64,000 nucleotides of DNA, from assembly GCA_017635595.1 (NCBI GenBank), contig JAGBLF010000026.1, forward strand, positions 3,008 to 67,007, given 5' to 3'. The translations under genes were made by a program, and so were the position numbers. The notes beneath the pieces were generated by a model that was given only the letters and a program-made list of their open reading frames with translations, was not told where the DNA came from and did not search any database. This DNA is from Alphaproteobacteria bacterium. GTDB lineage: Bacteria; Pseudomonadota; Alphaproteobacteria; RF32; CAG-239. Of this stretch, positions 18,907 through 28,400 are shown one piece after another; within the stretch, counting starts at the first letter, position 1; each line of letters starts with the position of its first letter.

Positions 18907-18919
18907 GTATAAAATAATT
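18898..18919 (+). promoter_or_regulatory. Conserved 22-nt box, copy 1 (gatttttttgtataaaataatt)
   Basis: 21 of 22 nt identical to 50752-50773. Both copies lie 135-215 nt upstream of the two foreign-composition lipoprotein loci. Confidence 0.35.
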
Positions 18920-19131
18920 GATATTTCAAAAAATATATGCTAAAATGTCTGTGTTCATCTACGAATTATAGACAATTATTTTTGCTATAATTAAGAAAAG
19001 AACTGCTTTATGCGGTTTAATCTTTTCGCAGGTGATTTTTTTGTGATACTCCGGTCAGCTATTGTTGACAAGGATTTTTGCCCAATTTAATCATACATAT
19101 AATCCAGCAAACTATCAAAAACTCTTAGAAT

Positions 19132-22100
19132 ATGGAAAACTTTATGAGATTTTCGAGGTACTTCCTCGTAGTTTTCGTGGCCATTTTCATGGCCGCCGGT
19201 ATTTTAACCTCATGCCAAGAGGACGAGATGGCTAAGGCACGTGTCACTTCTATGGCTGACACAACCGAAGTTTATCTCGGTTATGCGCATGAAGCTCTAC
19301 TTGTTCATCACTGGGATTCGACTCGTCGCGTCTCGGTTGAGGATCCGATGGATGCTTCCTTAAAGGTCTGGCAGACTGAGGATGGAGCGAAAACTCATCT
19401 TATCTGCAACAACATGGTTAACCCTGTGTTGAAGGCAAAGAGTGGTGTGCGCTATGCCGAGTACAATGTCACTGAGGACCAGCTTAATCCGAAGGTGACA
19501 GCCACTTGGCTGGCGCGGTCGACAGGCGACAACACGGAGCTCGACACATTGTTCGTTGACTTCTCCGATGGTCAGCGGGATTCTATACCTGTTGACATCA
19601 CGAGTTTCGAAACAGAGGTGAACGGTAACAAGTACCAGTATGGTACGCTGACTGTTGTTGACGCTAATTTCGTTAGCCTGACAAATCTACCTCTTGAGAC
19701 TCGTGCCACACGTGCCGGCGCTATGCGCGCTCCTTACGTTGCCAATACCGTTAACACGGAATACAAGGTCATGCTAAAGGTGCGTGAAAAGAACGTGCAC
19801 GGAGACAATGTCACACCTAAAACGTTTGACGTTCCGGTATATGCTTATGCAACCCGTCATATCTTGAAGGATGATGCGATTAAAAGCATCGTTGCCGAGA
19901 ACAAGAACCGCGTGGTGTTGACCGACTCGACCGAACGTTGCTCGTTTGAAAAGGTAATCACTTACGAATCCGGCGATGTAATACGTGAGCCGATTCAGAT
20001 TATCTTAAATCGCGAGTTCAAGGGTATCGATACTTATGAAAAGACCGTATCGAACTTTGATTTCACATTTAATCGAGCAAAAGGTGTCAGCAAGGGTACC
20101 GATGCAGCTGTCCGTGAGGATGGCAAGTGGCTGGTAAGCGGTCGTACCGATCGTTATGCGGCTACCATCACCAACGGTGTGGCTGCCGACGTCATCACAA
20201 CCGATTACTCACTCTATCACGAGCGTGCCGTCTACACTGACAGTACCTTCGTTGTGGAGTTCGGTTACGAAGATGTAAGATGTAACGAGCTTGAGACAAC
20301 TGTTACCAAGCAGGAGTCCTCGGAGGCCGGCAAATCTAAGGCATTGGAGCATAACAAGATCCAGACCGTTTACATCGGTCATACCCAGGATCTGGCTGAA
20401 GATGTCATTCTCGTAATGACATCTAAGCTTGTGACCGGTTATGAAATTGCTAACCCTCTTTTGAAGGTTTTCAATGATTCCGTAACTGCTACTCTGGACT
20501 TCATCACGAAGTACTCTGACGGCACCAAGGAAACCGAGCACGAGCGTTTCAGCGCACCGCGTTCCTTAGTTTGCACGACGGACTGGTCGTCCACTCAGAT
20601 TGCTGCTACGCAGACAACGGATGAGACTATAGCTATCACCACAACTTCTTCCAACGAGAAGAAGCAGGGCTACTGGAAGTTCACTGAACAGACACGCCGC
20701 CTCGATAACTATGCTCACCTTTCGGATGCATCAAAGCAGCACAACAGTTGGACAGCCGTTGTCCCCAACAGCATCAGCTATACGCGTGAGGGTAAGACGC
20801 ATGACTTTGGTGTTTTGGCATTCGCTGCTACGCACACTAAGGCTACGCTTGTTTCCACAGGTAAGACTTCCGGCGGTGAGTCCTATAAGTACACTGAAGA
20901 AATTAAGGTGCGCTATCAGGACAACAACCAGAGCATCACAGCTCCCGGTAAGTTGTTGGTCAACGGCTCAGAGGTTCGCGGCTTTGAGATTCGCGACAAG
21001 AAGCTGGTGGTTGAAAACGATAAGGTTACGGCAAGTTTGACTTTTGTTACCGTCTTTATGAACGGTACCGAGGACAAGGATATGGTCTCTAAGACATTCC
21101 CTCGTTCCTTAAAAGTCAACACAAACTGGACCGCCATCGAAAAAACAACCGCCGATCAGACCACGGGACAGCCGACGGTAACCAAAACCGGTTCGCAGTC
21201 TAAGACCGATGATGAGTGGAAGTGGAATGAGGAAACGCGCTCGATCACAACAGTTGCAACTCTGGCTTCTTCGAAGCAGAACAACAACTGGACTTCTGTT
21301 GATCCGAACAGCATCGTATTCACTCGCAACGGTCAGACGGCTGACTTTGGTACACTGGCCTTCAGTGCGGCGTACGTCAATGCAACGGCTGTGCAGACGA
21401 GCAAGTCAGGTCTTGTTGAAGTCTATGATTACACAAATGCAATCAGTGTATCGTTAGGCGACAACATCCAGACGACAACGGCTCCCGGTACTATCCGTGT
21501 TGAAAAGGATAAGGTTGTAACTGACCACGAAATCCGTGATGCCAAGATGGTTATCTCGGACAACAGTGTCGATTGCAGTCTGACCTTTGTAACGCTTTGG
21601 AATGATGGTACAGAGACGACAGAACCTGTTAACAAGTCCTTCCCGCGTACATTGAGTCCTTACACCAATTGGACGGTAGAAGCAAAGGACGGCAATGAGC
21701 AGACAGGCGCCGCTAACGTCGTTGACTTCGTTAAGAAGAACATGACGGACGGTGATTGGTCTTACGTTCGTGAAGAGCGTGACATCGTCACCAAAGTAGT
21801 GGTTGCAGGCCTGACCAAAGAAAACGGTTGGACTTCTGTTGAACCTAACAGCATCGTGTTTACCCGTGAGGGCAAGACTCATGCTTTCGGTGAGGTTAAT
21901 TTCAATGCCAAGGAAGACGGCCATAGCGCAGTCTTAGGAAACTCCTCCGCAACACTTGACGTTTACAATTATACCGATAAGCTGACTGTGACTTTTGGTT
22001 CTAACACCAAGTCTTCAACAGCTCCCGGCACAATCAATGTCAAAAAGGAAATTGTTCCCGTCGGCTACGAAATCATTAACCAGAATCTGGATGTTCAGCA

Positions 22101-23067
22101 AAACGGTGTAACTGCCAGCCTTGACTTTGTGACAAAGTTCTCGGACGGCTCGACAACCAGCGAGAAAATCTCTAAGTTCTTCGCAAGACGTTTTGAGGTT
22201 TTAACCAACTGGAGTTCTGTTGAGACCAGCAATTCTCAGAATACCGGCGCCGCAACCGTGACGCTCAACAACTCGGAGAACAAGAAGGACGGTGACTGGA
22301 GCTACGTTAATGAAACACGCAGCATCAACACAACCGCCACCCTCGCCGGTTCTACGCAGAACAACGGATGGAAGTCAGTTGACCCGAATGCTATCACCTT
22401 CACCAAGAACGGTCAGACTTATTCGTTCCAAACTTTGAGCTTCGATGCTTCGGAGACCGGTGCGAATGTCAACAAGACCGGTGAAGATGATGACAAGACT
22501 GTTTATTCTTACACGGATAACATCAGCGTCACATTCGGTTCTAACAACTTTGCCAGCCAGGCTCCCGGTAAGATTACGGTAAATAAGCCTTGGGATTCCG
22601 ATTTCCCGAAGGAGTGGGGTAAGTTTGTTGCTTGCAAATTTACCGTTGCCCCCGACGAAAACCGCAAGACCTGGGTTTATACTTGGAGTATGCACTTCGA
22701 AAACGGCACATTGCCTGTTGTCGTTCGCAAGAATGCTTCAGAGGCCGAAATCAACCAGAGTTACTTCACTTCCGAGACCGATTCTCGTTTGAACGGCGGT
22801 TACTATCTCAAGTCTAAGAAGGCTTGGGTGAACACCATAGCCGGCGACGGAACCGATTGGATGGAGTGGCTGAACACCGCCAACCAGAATCAGGGCAACA
22901 TGGCATATTCAACTGCCACCGCCTGGGGTTGGGATGACGGAGCTCGGACGAACGGACATCCTTCTGTCTTCACAAATCGTTTCACTGCCAAGATTACAAA
23001 CAATGGTCTGGTGCTGACGATTTACAAGGAAGGCAAGGAGTTTGCTTCTTACAAAGCCGGAAAGTAA
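19132..23067 (+). CDS. Giant repeat-containing surface lipoprotein, Bacteroidota-like
   Basis: 1311 aa. Signal peptide with lipobox LTSC (Cys28) followed by QEDE. Four ~180-aa repeats and a distinct ~160-aa C-terminal domain. AAG/GAG/CTC/ACC-rich codons, no SD before the ATG, own terminator. Confidence 0.85.
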   Translation: MENFMRFSRYFLVVFVAIFMAAGILTSCQEDEMAKARVTSMADTTEVYLGYAHEALLVHHWDSTRRVSVEDPMDASLKVWQTEDGAKTHLICNNMVNPVLKAKSGVRYAEYNVTEDQLNPKVTATWLARSTGDNTELDTLFVDFSDGQRDSIPVDITSFETEVNGNKYQYGTLTVVDANFVSLTNLPLETRATRAGAMRAPYVANTVNTEYKVMLKVREKNVHGDNVTPKTFDVPVYAYATRHILKDDAIKSIVAENKNRVVLTDSTERCSFEKVITYESGDVIREPIQIILNREFKGIDTYEKTVSNFDFTFNRAKGVSKGTDAAVREDGKWLVSGRTDRYAATITNGVAADVITTDYSLYHERAVYTDSTFVVEFGYEDVRCNELETTVTKQESSEAGKSKALEHNKIQTVYIGHTQDLAEDVILVMTSKLVTGYEIANPLLKVFNDSVTATLDFITKYSDGTKETEHERFSAPRSLVCTTDWSSTQIAATQTTDETIAITTTSSNEKKQGYWKFTEQTRRLDNYAHLSDASKQHNSWTAVVPNSISYTREGKTHDFGVLAFAATHTKATLVSTGKTSGGESYKYTEEIKVRYQDNNQSITAPGKLLVNGSEVRGFEIRDKKLVVENDKVTASLTFVTVFMNGTEDKDMVSKTFPRSLKVNTNWTAIEKTTADQTTGQPTVTKTGSQSKTDDEWKWNEETRSITTVATLASSKQNNNWTSVDPNSIVFTRNGQTADFGTLAFSAAYVNATAVQTSKSGLVEVYDYTNAISVSLGDNIQTTTAPGTIRVEKDKVVTDHEIRDAKMVISDNSVDCSLTFVTLWNDGTETTEPVNKSFPRTLSPYTNWTVEAKDGNEQTGAANVVDFVKKNMTDGDWSYVREERDIVTKVVVAGLTKENGWTSVEPNSIVFTREGKTHAFGEVNFNAKEDGHSAVLGNSSATLDVYNYTDKLTVTFGSNTKSSTAPGTINVKKEIVPVGYEIINQNLDVQQNGVTASLDFVTKFSDGSTTSEKISKFFARRFEVLTNWSSVETSNSQNTGAATVTLNNSENKKDGDWSYVNETRSINTTATLAGSTQNNGWKSVDPNAITFTKNGQTYSFQTLSFDASETGANVNKTGEDDDKTVYSYTDNISVTFGSNNFASQAPGKITVNKPWDSDFPKEWGKFVACKFTVAPDENRKTWVYTWSMHFENGTLPVVVRKNASEAEINQSYFTSETDSRLNGGYYLKSKKAWVNTIAGDGTDWMEWLNTANQNQGNMAYSTATAWGWDDGARTNGHPSVFTNRFTAKITNNGLVLTIYKEGKEFASYKAGK
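20428..22587 (+). repeat. Four in-frame ~540-bp (180-181 aa) divergent tandem repeats inside the 1311-aa gene
   Basis: Anchor motifs recur with a 180-181 aa period. G[YF]EI/DHEI at aa 436, 617, 798, 978. N.W..V.PN[SA]I.[FY]T..G.T at aa 537, 717, 897, 1077. [TQ]APG at aa 603, 783, 963, 1143. Confidence 0.85.
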
Positions 23068-23097
23068 CAAGAAACAACCTGCGTAAACTATAAAAAG

Positions 23098-23132
23098 CAG
23101 CGTCCCTCTTTTATGAGAGACGCTGTTTTTTT
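23098..23132 (+). terminator. Terminator after the 1311-aa gene
   Basis: cagcgtc (23098-23104) / gacgctg (23119-23125) with additional inner pairs, followed by ttttttt. Confidence 0.7.
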
Positions 23133-23147
23133 ATCTTTGATTTTTTC

Positions 23148-23699
23148 TTATAATAGTGTCTGAACTTTTTGATAGATTTCATCGGCCGACATTTTATCAA
23201 ATACCGCCTTTTCTACTTTCAATTTATGCCATATTTCGGGTGCAATCTTCGGCGCATTTATCACTTGCAGCGTAAAGTTTTCCGCCAGCATTTCCGACCA
23301 ATTATCCGCCGTTAATAAACATAAATCGCCGGCCCCTAAAAACGGCAAGCCTAATTTTTCGACCACCGGCAAATGTGTTACCATATGGTAATAACAATCA
23401 TCATCTTTCGTATTTTGCAACACGGCATTAATAAACTTTTGCACGGTATTTTTGGGCGCATCTTCATCTAAAAATTCGGTTTCGACTAAATGATTACACT
23501 TTAATCCCAACGCTTCAAAGCGTGCCGTTTCAAAAGCGCGCGCCAATGGTGAATGATACACCGTCGCGCAAGGCGGCAGAATCGCGGCCAGCATTTTGCC
23601 GGTTTGATAAGCCACCAACATATCTTCACGTTCGATAGCCGTATCAAAACCATAATGCTCGTGCCGACCGACGGTTATATATACCTTATTTTGCTTCAT
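23148..23699 (-). CDS. Histidine phosphatase superfamily protein (SixA-like)
   Basis: VGRHEH near the N-terminus, SPLARAFETA, and a late MVTHLP histidine. This matches the RHG...SPL.RA.QT...H pattern loosely. Confidence 0.5.
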   Translation of the reverse strand: MKQNKVYITVGRHEHYGFDTAIEREDMLVAYQTGKMLAAILPPCATVYHSPLARAFETARFEALGLKCNHLVETEFLDEDAPKNTVQKFINAVLQNTKDDDCYYHMVTHLPVVEKLGLPFLGAGDLCLLTADNWSEMLAENFTLQVINAPKIAPEIWHKLKVEKAVFDKMSADEIYQKVQTLL

Positions 23700-24648
23700 T
23701 CGGTTTTTTAATCACAGACAGCAACATTCCGCCGGCCAACAAACCGACCGTTACGGTCAAAGATTGCCATTCTTTAACTTCAATACCGAATTCCGGCAAA
23801 AATATCTTGATACCGATAAAGATTAAAATAATCGAGATTGCAGGTTTCAAATAAGCAAATTTGCTGATAATGGCCGCAAGTAAAAAGTACAAAGCACGCA
23901 AGCCGAGAATAGCGAAAATATTACTGGTATATACAACGTAAATATCCGTTGTTACCAAAAAAATTGCCGGAATACTGTCAAGCGCAAACACAACATCCAT
24001 TGTTTCGATAATCAGTAAAGCCAAAAACAATGGTGTCATATAATTTTTACCTTGTTGATTAATAAAGAAATGTTCACCGTGAATTTCGGGCGTGACGTGG
24101 AATATTTTAGAAAGATTCTTATAGATTTTGTTATCTTTGATATCAACTTCCTTATCATGCTTAGTGAACAGCATTTTTGCACCCGTATAAATCAAGAATA
24201 AAGAGAATAAATATAAAATCCAATGAAAACGCAACACCAAAGCATCGCCGACGTAAATAAGTATGCCGCGCATTACCAAAGCACCCAAAATACCCCAAAA
24301 CAGTACTCGGTGTTGATATTTTGACGGTACGCCCAATGCGGCAAATACCATCGACATAACAAAGATATTATCCATAGATAAGCTTTTTTCCAGCAAGTAG
24401 CCGGTAAAATAATCCATACCTTTTTCCGGTCCGTCTTCTACCCAGACAAAAACACCGAAAAGCAGAGCCACCGCTATATACGCCACACAAATCCATAGTG
24501 TATGCCAAAAATGCGGTTCTTCGTTTTTACGATTGAACCAAAACAAGTCCGCCGCCAACAACAGCACAACGGAAATTCCGAAAGTAGTCCACAACGCAAC
24601 GGGTGATAAGTGTTCATGCACAGAAAACAGAGATGTTAAAGTTTCCAT
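23686..24648 (-). CDS. terC: TerC family integral membrane protein
   Basis: Multi-TM protein with TerC-type blocks (EKSLSMDNIFV, LDSIPAIF). Start METLTS at 24648 is preferred; the ORF is open to 24669. Confidence 0.85.
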   Translation of the reverse strand: METLTSLFSVHEHLSPVALWTTFGISVVLLLAADLFWFNRKNEEPHFWHTLWICVAYIAVALLFGVFVWVEDGPEKGMDYFTGYLLEKSLSMDNIFVMSMVFAALGVPSKYQHRVLFWGILGALVMRGILIYVGDALVLRFHWILYLFSLFLIYTGAKMLFTKHDKEVDIKDNKIYKNLSKIFHVTPEIHGEHFFINQQGKNYMTPLFLALLIIETMDVVFALDSIPAIFLVTTDIYVVYTSNIFAILGLRALYFLLAAIISKFAYLKPAISIILIFIGIKIFLPEFGIEVKEWQSLTVTVGLLAGGMLLSVIKKPNEAK

Positions 24649-25622
24649 TATTTTTCTTCCAAATTCCAAGTTGTTTTAATTATTTCATCAATATCGGTAT
24701 ATTGCGGTTCCCAGCCAAGCAATTGCTTAGCCAAAGCGTTAGAAGCCAGCACCACGGCCGGATCGCCGGCACGGCGCGGTGCAAAATCAAAATTCACCTT
24801 GCGTCCCGTAACACGTTCGGCTGACCGGATAATTTCCAACACCGATGTTCCCTTATTTGTTCCCAAATTAATAATATGAGATTGAGGTTCTTGCAACAAT
24901 TTTCGAATTGCCGCCACATGGGCGCGCCCCAAATCTTCGACGTGGATATAATCGCGAATACAGGTACCGTCCGGCGTATCATAATCATTACCGAAAACAT
25001 GTAAAATATCGCGTTTTCCGGTAGCGACTTCCATTACAATCGGCAACAGATTCTGCGGATTTTTTTCCTTGCCTTTGATGCTGCCGTCGGCCGCATAACC
25101 GACCGCATTAAAATAGCGCAGTGCAATATAATGAAAATCTTTCAAACGGCTGTACCAATCCATTACGCGTTCAATTTCAATCTTAGTGAAGCCGTAAAAA
25201 TTAATCGGTTCAAGAGGATGTTTTTCATCAAGCGGCAGATATTGCGGCATACCATAAGATGCTGCAGTTGATGAAAAAACAATATTTTTAACCCCATTAT
25301 CAACCATAGCATTAAAAATATTTATCGAACCGCAAATGTTGTTTATAGCATACTTTTGCGGATTTTCCATCGATTCTCCGACAGCTTTTTTGGCGGCCAA
25401 GTGCACGACTGCATCAAACCTCTGTGCCATAACGTCATTTAATTTTGCTTCATCTAAAATATCACCTTCGATAAACTCTGCATCCGCAAATAAATTGCAA
25501 CGCTGACCGGTCGATAAGTTATCATAAACCGTTACGGCAAAATTTTCATTTAACAATGCCCTGACAACGTGGCTTCCTATGTACCCCGCACCGCCGATAA
25601 CTAAAACTTTAGGCTGAACCAT
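24648..25622 (-). CDS. galE: UDP-glucose 4-epimerase
   Basis: GGAGYIGSH Rossmann motif and the SDR extended family YxxxK region, in a GalE-length protein (324 aa). Confidence 0.9.
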   Translation of the reverse strand: MVQPKVLVIGGAGYIGSHVVRALLNENFAVTVYDNLSTGQRCNLFADAEFIEGDILDEAKLNDVMAQRFDAVVHLAAKKAVGESMENPQKYAINNICGSINIFNAMVDNGVKNIVFSSTAASYGMPQYLPLDEKHPLEPINFYGFTKIEIERVMDWYSRLKDFHYIALRYFNAVGYAADGSIKGKEKNPQNLLPIVMEVATGKRDILHVFGNDYDTPDGTCIRDYIHVEDLGRAHVAAIRKLLQEPQSHIINLGTNKGTSVLEIIRSAERVTGRKVNFDFAPRRAGDPAVVLASNALAKQLLGWEPQYTDIDEIIKTTWNLEEK

Positions 25623-25649
25623 TTTTTCTCCTTATAAATTTTATACCCG

Positions 25650-25658
25650 TTATCCACA
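25650..25658 (+). promoter_or_regulatory. Perfect DnaA-box 9-mer TTATCCACA upstream of dnaB
   Basis: Exact match to the E. coli-type consensus, 85 nt upstream of the dnaB ATG. It is a single copy and could occur by chance. Confidence 0.3.
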
Positions 25659-25742
25659 AGATTAAAAATATTTCACTAAACTTTCTTATGGTTTTAATTA
25701 TAACTAACATAAATTAAAAAATTATATATGCAAGGATAAAAA

Positions 25743-27215
25743 ATGGACAAACCGGACGTAACGAAACTGCCGAAAAATATTGAGGCAGAACAAGCTTTGT
25801 TGGGCGCACTTTTAGCAAACAACCGTGCTTATGAAAAAATTGCCGATATTTTAAAAGCGGAATATTTTGCCGACTCGACACACCAAAAAATATATGCCGT
25901 CATTGCCAAATTGTTGGCAAGCAACCATACCGCCGATGTTATTACATTGCGCGATTATTTTAATCAGGAGGGGACCTTAGATCAGGTCGGCGGGTTTCCG
26001 TATTTGGTCAAACTGGCGGAAAGTGCCTCTCCTCTGACCAACGTCGAACATTATGCCCAGTTTATTTATGATAAATATCTGCGCCGCGAACTTATCGGCA
26101 CCGGTTATGAAATTGTCAACAGTGCCATGACCGAAAGTTTGGATAATACAGCCCTTGACCAAATCGCCGAAGCGGAAAAATCTTTGTATAATTTGGCCGA
26201 TCAAGGCTCTCCGCAAGGCGGATTTGTTGATTTTTCGGCGGCCTTGAATTCTTCACTTGAAAATATTCAGCAGGCCTATCAAAAAGGCGGTCGTATTTCG
26301 GGTATTCCGACCGGTTTAACTCAGCTCGATTACAAAATCGGCGGCTTAAATCCGTCCGAATTGATTATTATCGCCGGTCGTCCGGCTATGGGTAAAACGG
26401 CTCTGGGTACAAATATTGCCTATAATGTCGCCGAATTTTTCTCGCGTGATAAAGATACGCCGCCCGAAAACCGCGGTGTTGCTTTTTTCTCGCTTGAAAT
26501 GTCATGTGAAGAATTGGGCGCACGTGTTTTATCAACCGTTACGCAAACTTCAAGCCACCGTATGCGTACCGGTAACCTCGATGAAGCCGAATTTACCCGA
26601 ATCGCCGCCGCCGTACGCGAACTCGAAAATATTCCGCTTTACATTGATGATACGCCGGGCGCAACCATCAACTCCATCCGTGCGCGGGCGCGTCGCTTAA
26701 AACGCAGCAAAGGTTTGGGGTTGGTTGTAATCGACTATATCCAACTCATCGGCGGTACCGGCGATAAAAAAAGCGAAGGCAACCGTGTTCAGGAAGTTTC
26801 GGAGATTTCCCGCGGATTAAAAATTTTAGCCAAAGAATTAAAAATACCGGTTATTGCGCTTTCGCAGTTAAATCGTAGTGTTGAAGCCCGTGAAGATAAA
26901 CAGCCGCAAATGTCCGATTTGCGCGAATCCGGATCAATCGAGCAAGATGCCGATATCGTTATGTTTGTGTTCCGTGAAAATTACTATATTCATAATTCCG
27001 AACCGAAACAGAGTGAAAACGAATCGGCTGAAGCCTTTGCAAAAAAACATGCCGAATGGGAAATCAGAGACCGCCAAACCGCCAATTTGGCCGAGGTTAT
27101 TGTCGGCAAGCAACGTCACGGTCCGACAGGCACCGTCAAACTGTATTGGAACGGCGAATTTACTCAATTCGGCAACCTGGCGGAAGATGAAAAATTACCG
27201 GAACGGCACGGATAG
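25743..27215 (+). CDS. dnaB: Replicative DNA helicase DnaB
   Basis: N-terminal LPKNIEAEQALLGALL, Walker A GRPAMGKT, and LSQLNR and ESGSIEQDAD blocks. Confidence 0.95.
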   Translation: MDKPDVTKLPKNIEAEQALLGALLANNRAYEKIADILKAEYFADSTHQKIYAVIAKLLASNHTADVITLRDYFNQEGTLDQVGGFPYLVKLAESASPLTNVEHYAQFIYDKYLRRELIGTGYEIVNSAMTESLDNTALDQIAEAEKSLYNLADQGSPQGGFVDFSAALNSSLENIQQAYQKGGRISGIPTGLTQLDYKIGGLNPSELIIIAGRPAMGKTALGTNIAYNVAEFFSRDKDTPPENRGVAFFSLEMSCEELGARVLSTVTQTSSHRMRTGNLDEAEFTRIAAAVRELENIPLYIDDTPGATINSIRARARRLKRSKGLGLVVIDYIQLIGGTGDKKSEGNRVQEVSEISRGLKILAKELKIPVIALSQLNRSVEAREDKQPQMSDLRESGSIEQDADIVMFVFRENYYIHNSEPKQSENESAEAFAKKHAEWEIRDRQTANLAEVIVGKQRHGPTGTVKLYWNGEFTQFGNLAEDEKLPERHG

Positions 27216-27220
27216 AATCG

Positions 27221-27724
27221 ATGACAGACGAATTAAAAATAGAAGATGACTATAATCCGCAAGACCGTGTTGATGCTTTTGACAAGCTTGAACCGGAATT
27301 CTGGAAACACAAAAAGCTTGATGAAATGTCTACCGAGGAATGGGAAGCTTTATGCGACGGCTGCGGTAAATGCTGCTTAAACAAACTTGAAATCAAAGGT
27401 CGGGTGTATTTCACCAATGCCTATTGCCGTTTTTTGGATTGCGACAGTTGCTTATGCAAAATATATCCGCACCGTTTTGAGGTTGTACCGGATTGCCGCA
27501 ATATCGATTTAGCGGCCGTGCGCGAACATCCGAGGTGGTTACCTAAAACTTGTGCCTATCTTTTGTTGGACAACGGTTATGATTTACCGGCATGGCACCC
27601 GCTTGTCACCCGCAAAGCCGACAGTGTACATCAGGCTAAGATGTCACTAAAAGGTCGCGAACTCACCAATGAATCAAAGGTAAAAGACTATGAAGATCAC
27701 ATTGTTGACTGGCAAGACCTTTGA
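27221..27724 (+). CDS. ycgN: YcgN (UPF0260) family protein
   Basis: Close pattern match to E. coli YcgN: FW..K.LDEMS..EWE.LCDGCG.CCL.KLE, YFTN, WLP.TCAY.LL, DLPAWHPL. Confidence 0.85.
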   Translation: MTDELKIEDDYNPQDRVDAFDKLEPEFWKHKKLDEMSTEEWEALCDGCGKCCLNKLEIKGRVYFTNAYCRFLDCDSCLCKIYPHRFEVVPDCRNIDLAAVREHPRWLPKTCAYLLLDNGYDLPAWHPLVTRKADSVHQAKMSLKGRELTNESKVKDYEDHIVDWQDL

Positions 27725-28400
27725 TATCAGCGAAGCTTTTGATTTTGATATTAAAATCATCCAATCGCCATCGAGTCGTAAATTGATTTTGAGAATCGAC
27801 CAAAAAGAGCGTATTCCCGTGTTGACTGTTCCGAAATATTGCAGCCGCAAGCGCGCCATCGAATTTGTAAACGAAAACATGGATTGGATTATCAATACCA
27901 TAGGCCGCTTGCCGCAAAGTAGGCAATTTTGTGACGGCGAAAAGTTTTTATTGTTTGGGCAAGAAGTAACGATTAAGCACCAAGCCGATGCCCGACGCGG
28001 TGTTTGGCTTGAAGACAACATATTATATGTGTCCGGCACACCGGAATTTTTACATCGCCGCGTGCGTGATTACATTAAAAAGCAGGCTGCCGAAAAATTT
28101 TATAAGCTATCTGCCGAACTTGCAAACCGAATCGGATGCAAATTGTCCGGAGTCTCGATTAAAGACACAAAATCACGCTGGGGAAGCTGTTCATCCTTAA
28201 ATCACATCAATTACAGCTGGCGCATAGCTTTAGCCCCTGAATACGTTATCAACTATCTGATGGCTCATGAAGTATCACATTTGAAACATCCGGACCACTC
28301 CGAAGACTTTTGGTTATGCGTTGCCACCCTGTATCCAAACTGGAAAGAAGGTCGCGACTGGCTGAAAAAACACGGCAAAATCCTCTACACTTATCAATAA
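27690..28400 (+). CDS. ygjP: YgjP-like (DUF45/M48-type) metal-dependent hydrolase
   Basis: SRWGSCS ... INYSWRIALAP ... YLMAHEVSHLKHPDHSEDFW, the HExxH...FW signature of the YgjP family. Overlaps the ycgN end by 35 nt. Confidence 0.8.
   Translation: MKITLLTGKTFDISEAFDFDIKIIQSPSSRKLILRIDQKERIPVLTVPKYCSRKRAIEFVNENMDWIINTIGRLPQSRQFCDGEKFLLFGQEVTIKHQADARRGVWLEDNILYVSGTPEFLHRRVRDYIKKQAAEKFYKLSAELANRIGCKLSGVSIKDTKSRWGSCSSLNHINYSWRIALAPEYVINYLMAHEVSHLKHPDHSEDFWLCVATLYPNWKEGRDWLKKHGKILYTYQ

Noticed and set aside
20209-22817. Antisense and alternate-frame ORFs inside the 1311-aa gene (e.g. 20209-20541, 20711-21040, 21454-21924, 22375-22695)
   Set aside because: They lie inside a long ORF whose 180-aa periodic repeats validate the annotated frame. 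Their own products are low-complexity.
22588-23067. T9SS C-terminal sorting domain at the end of the 1311-aa protein
   Set aside because: The protein is a lipoprotein, and its C-terminal domain does not show the short beta-sandwich CTD pattern I know. No support for this call.
18830-23147. Mobile element, prophage or IS borders around the foreign islets
   Set aside because: No integrase, transposase, tRNA target or convincing flanking direct or inverted repeats. The only repeat is the weak resemblance of gattttttcttataat at about 23139 to the 22-nt box.
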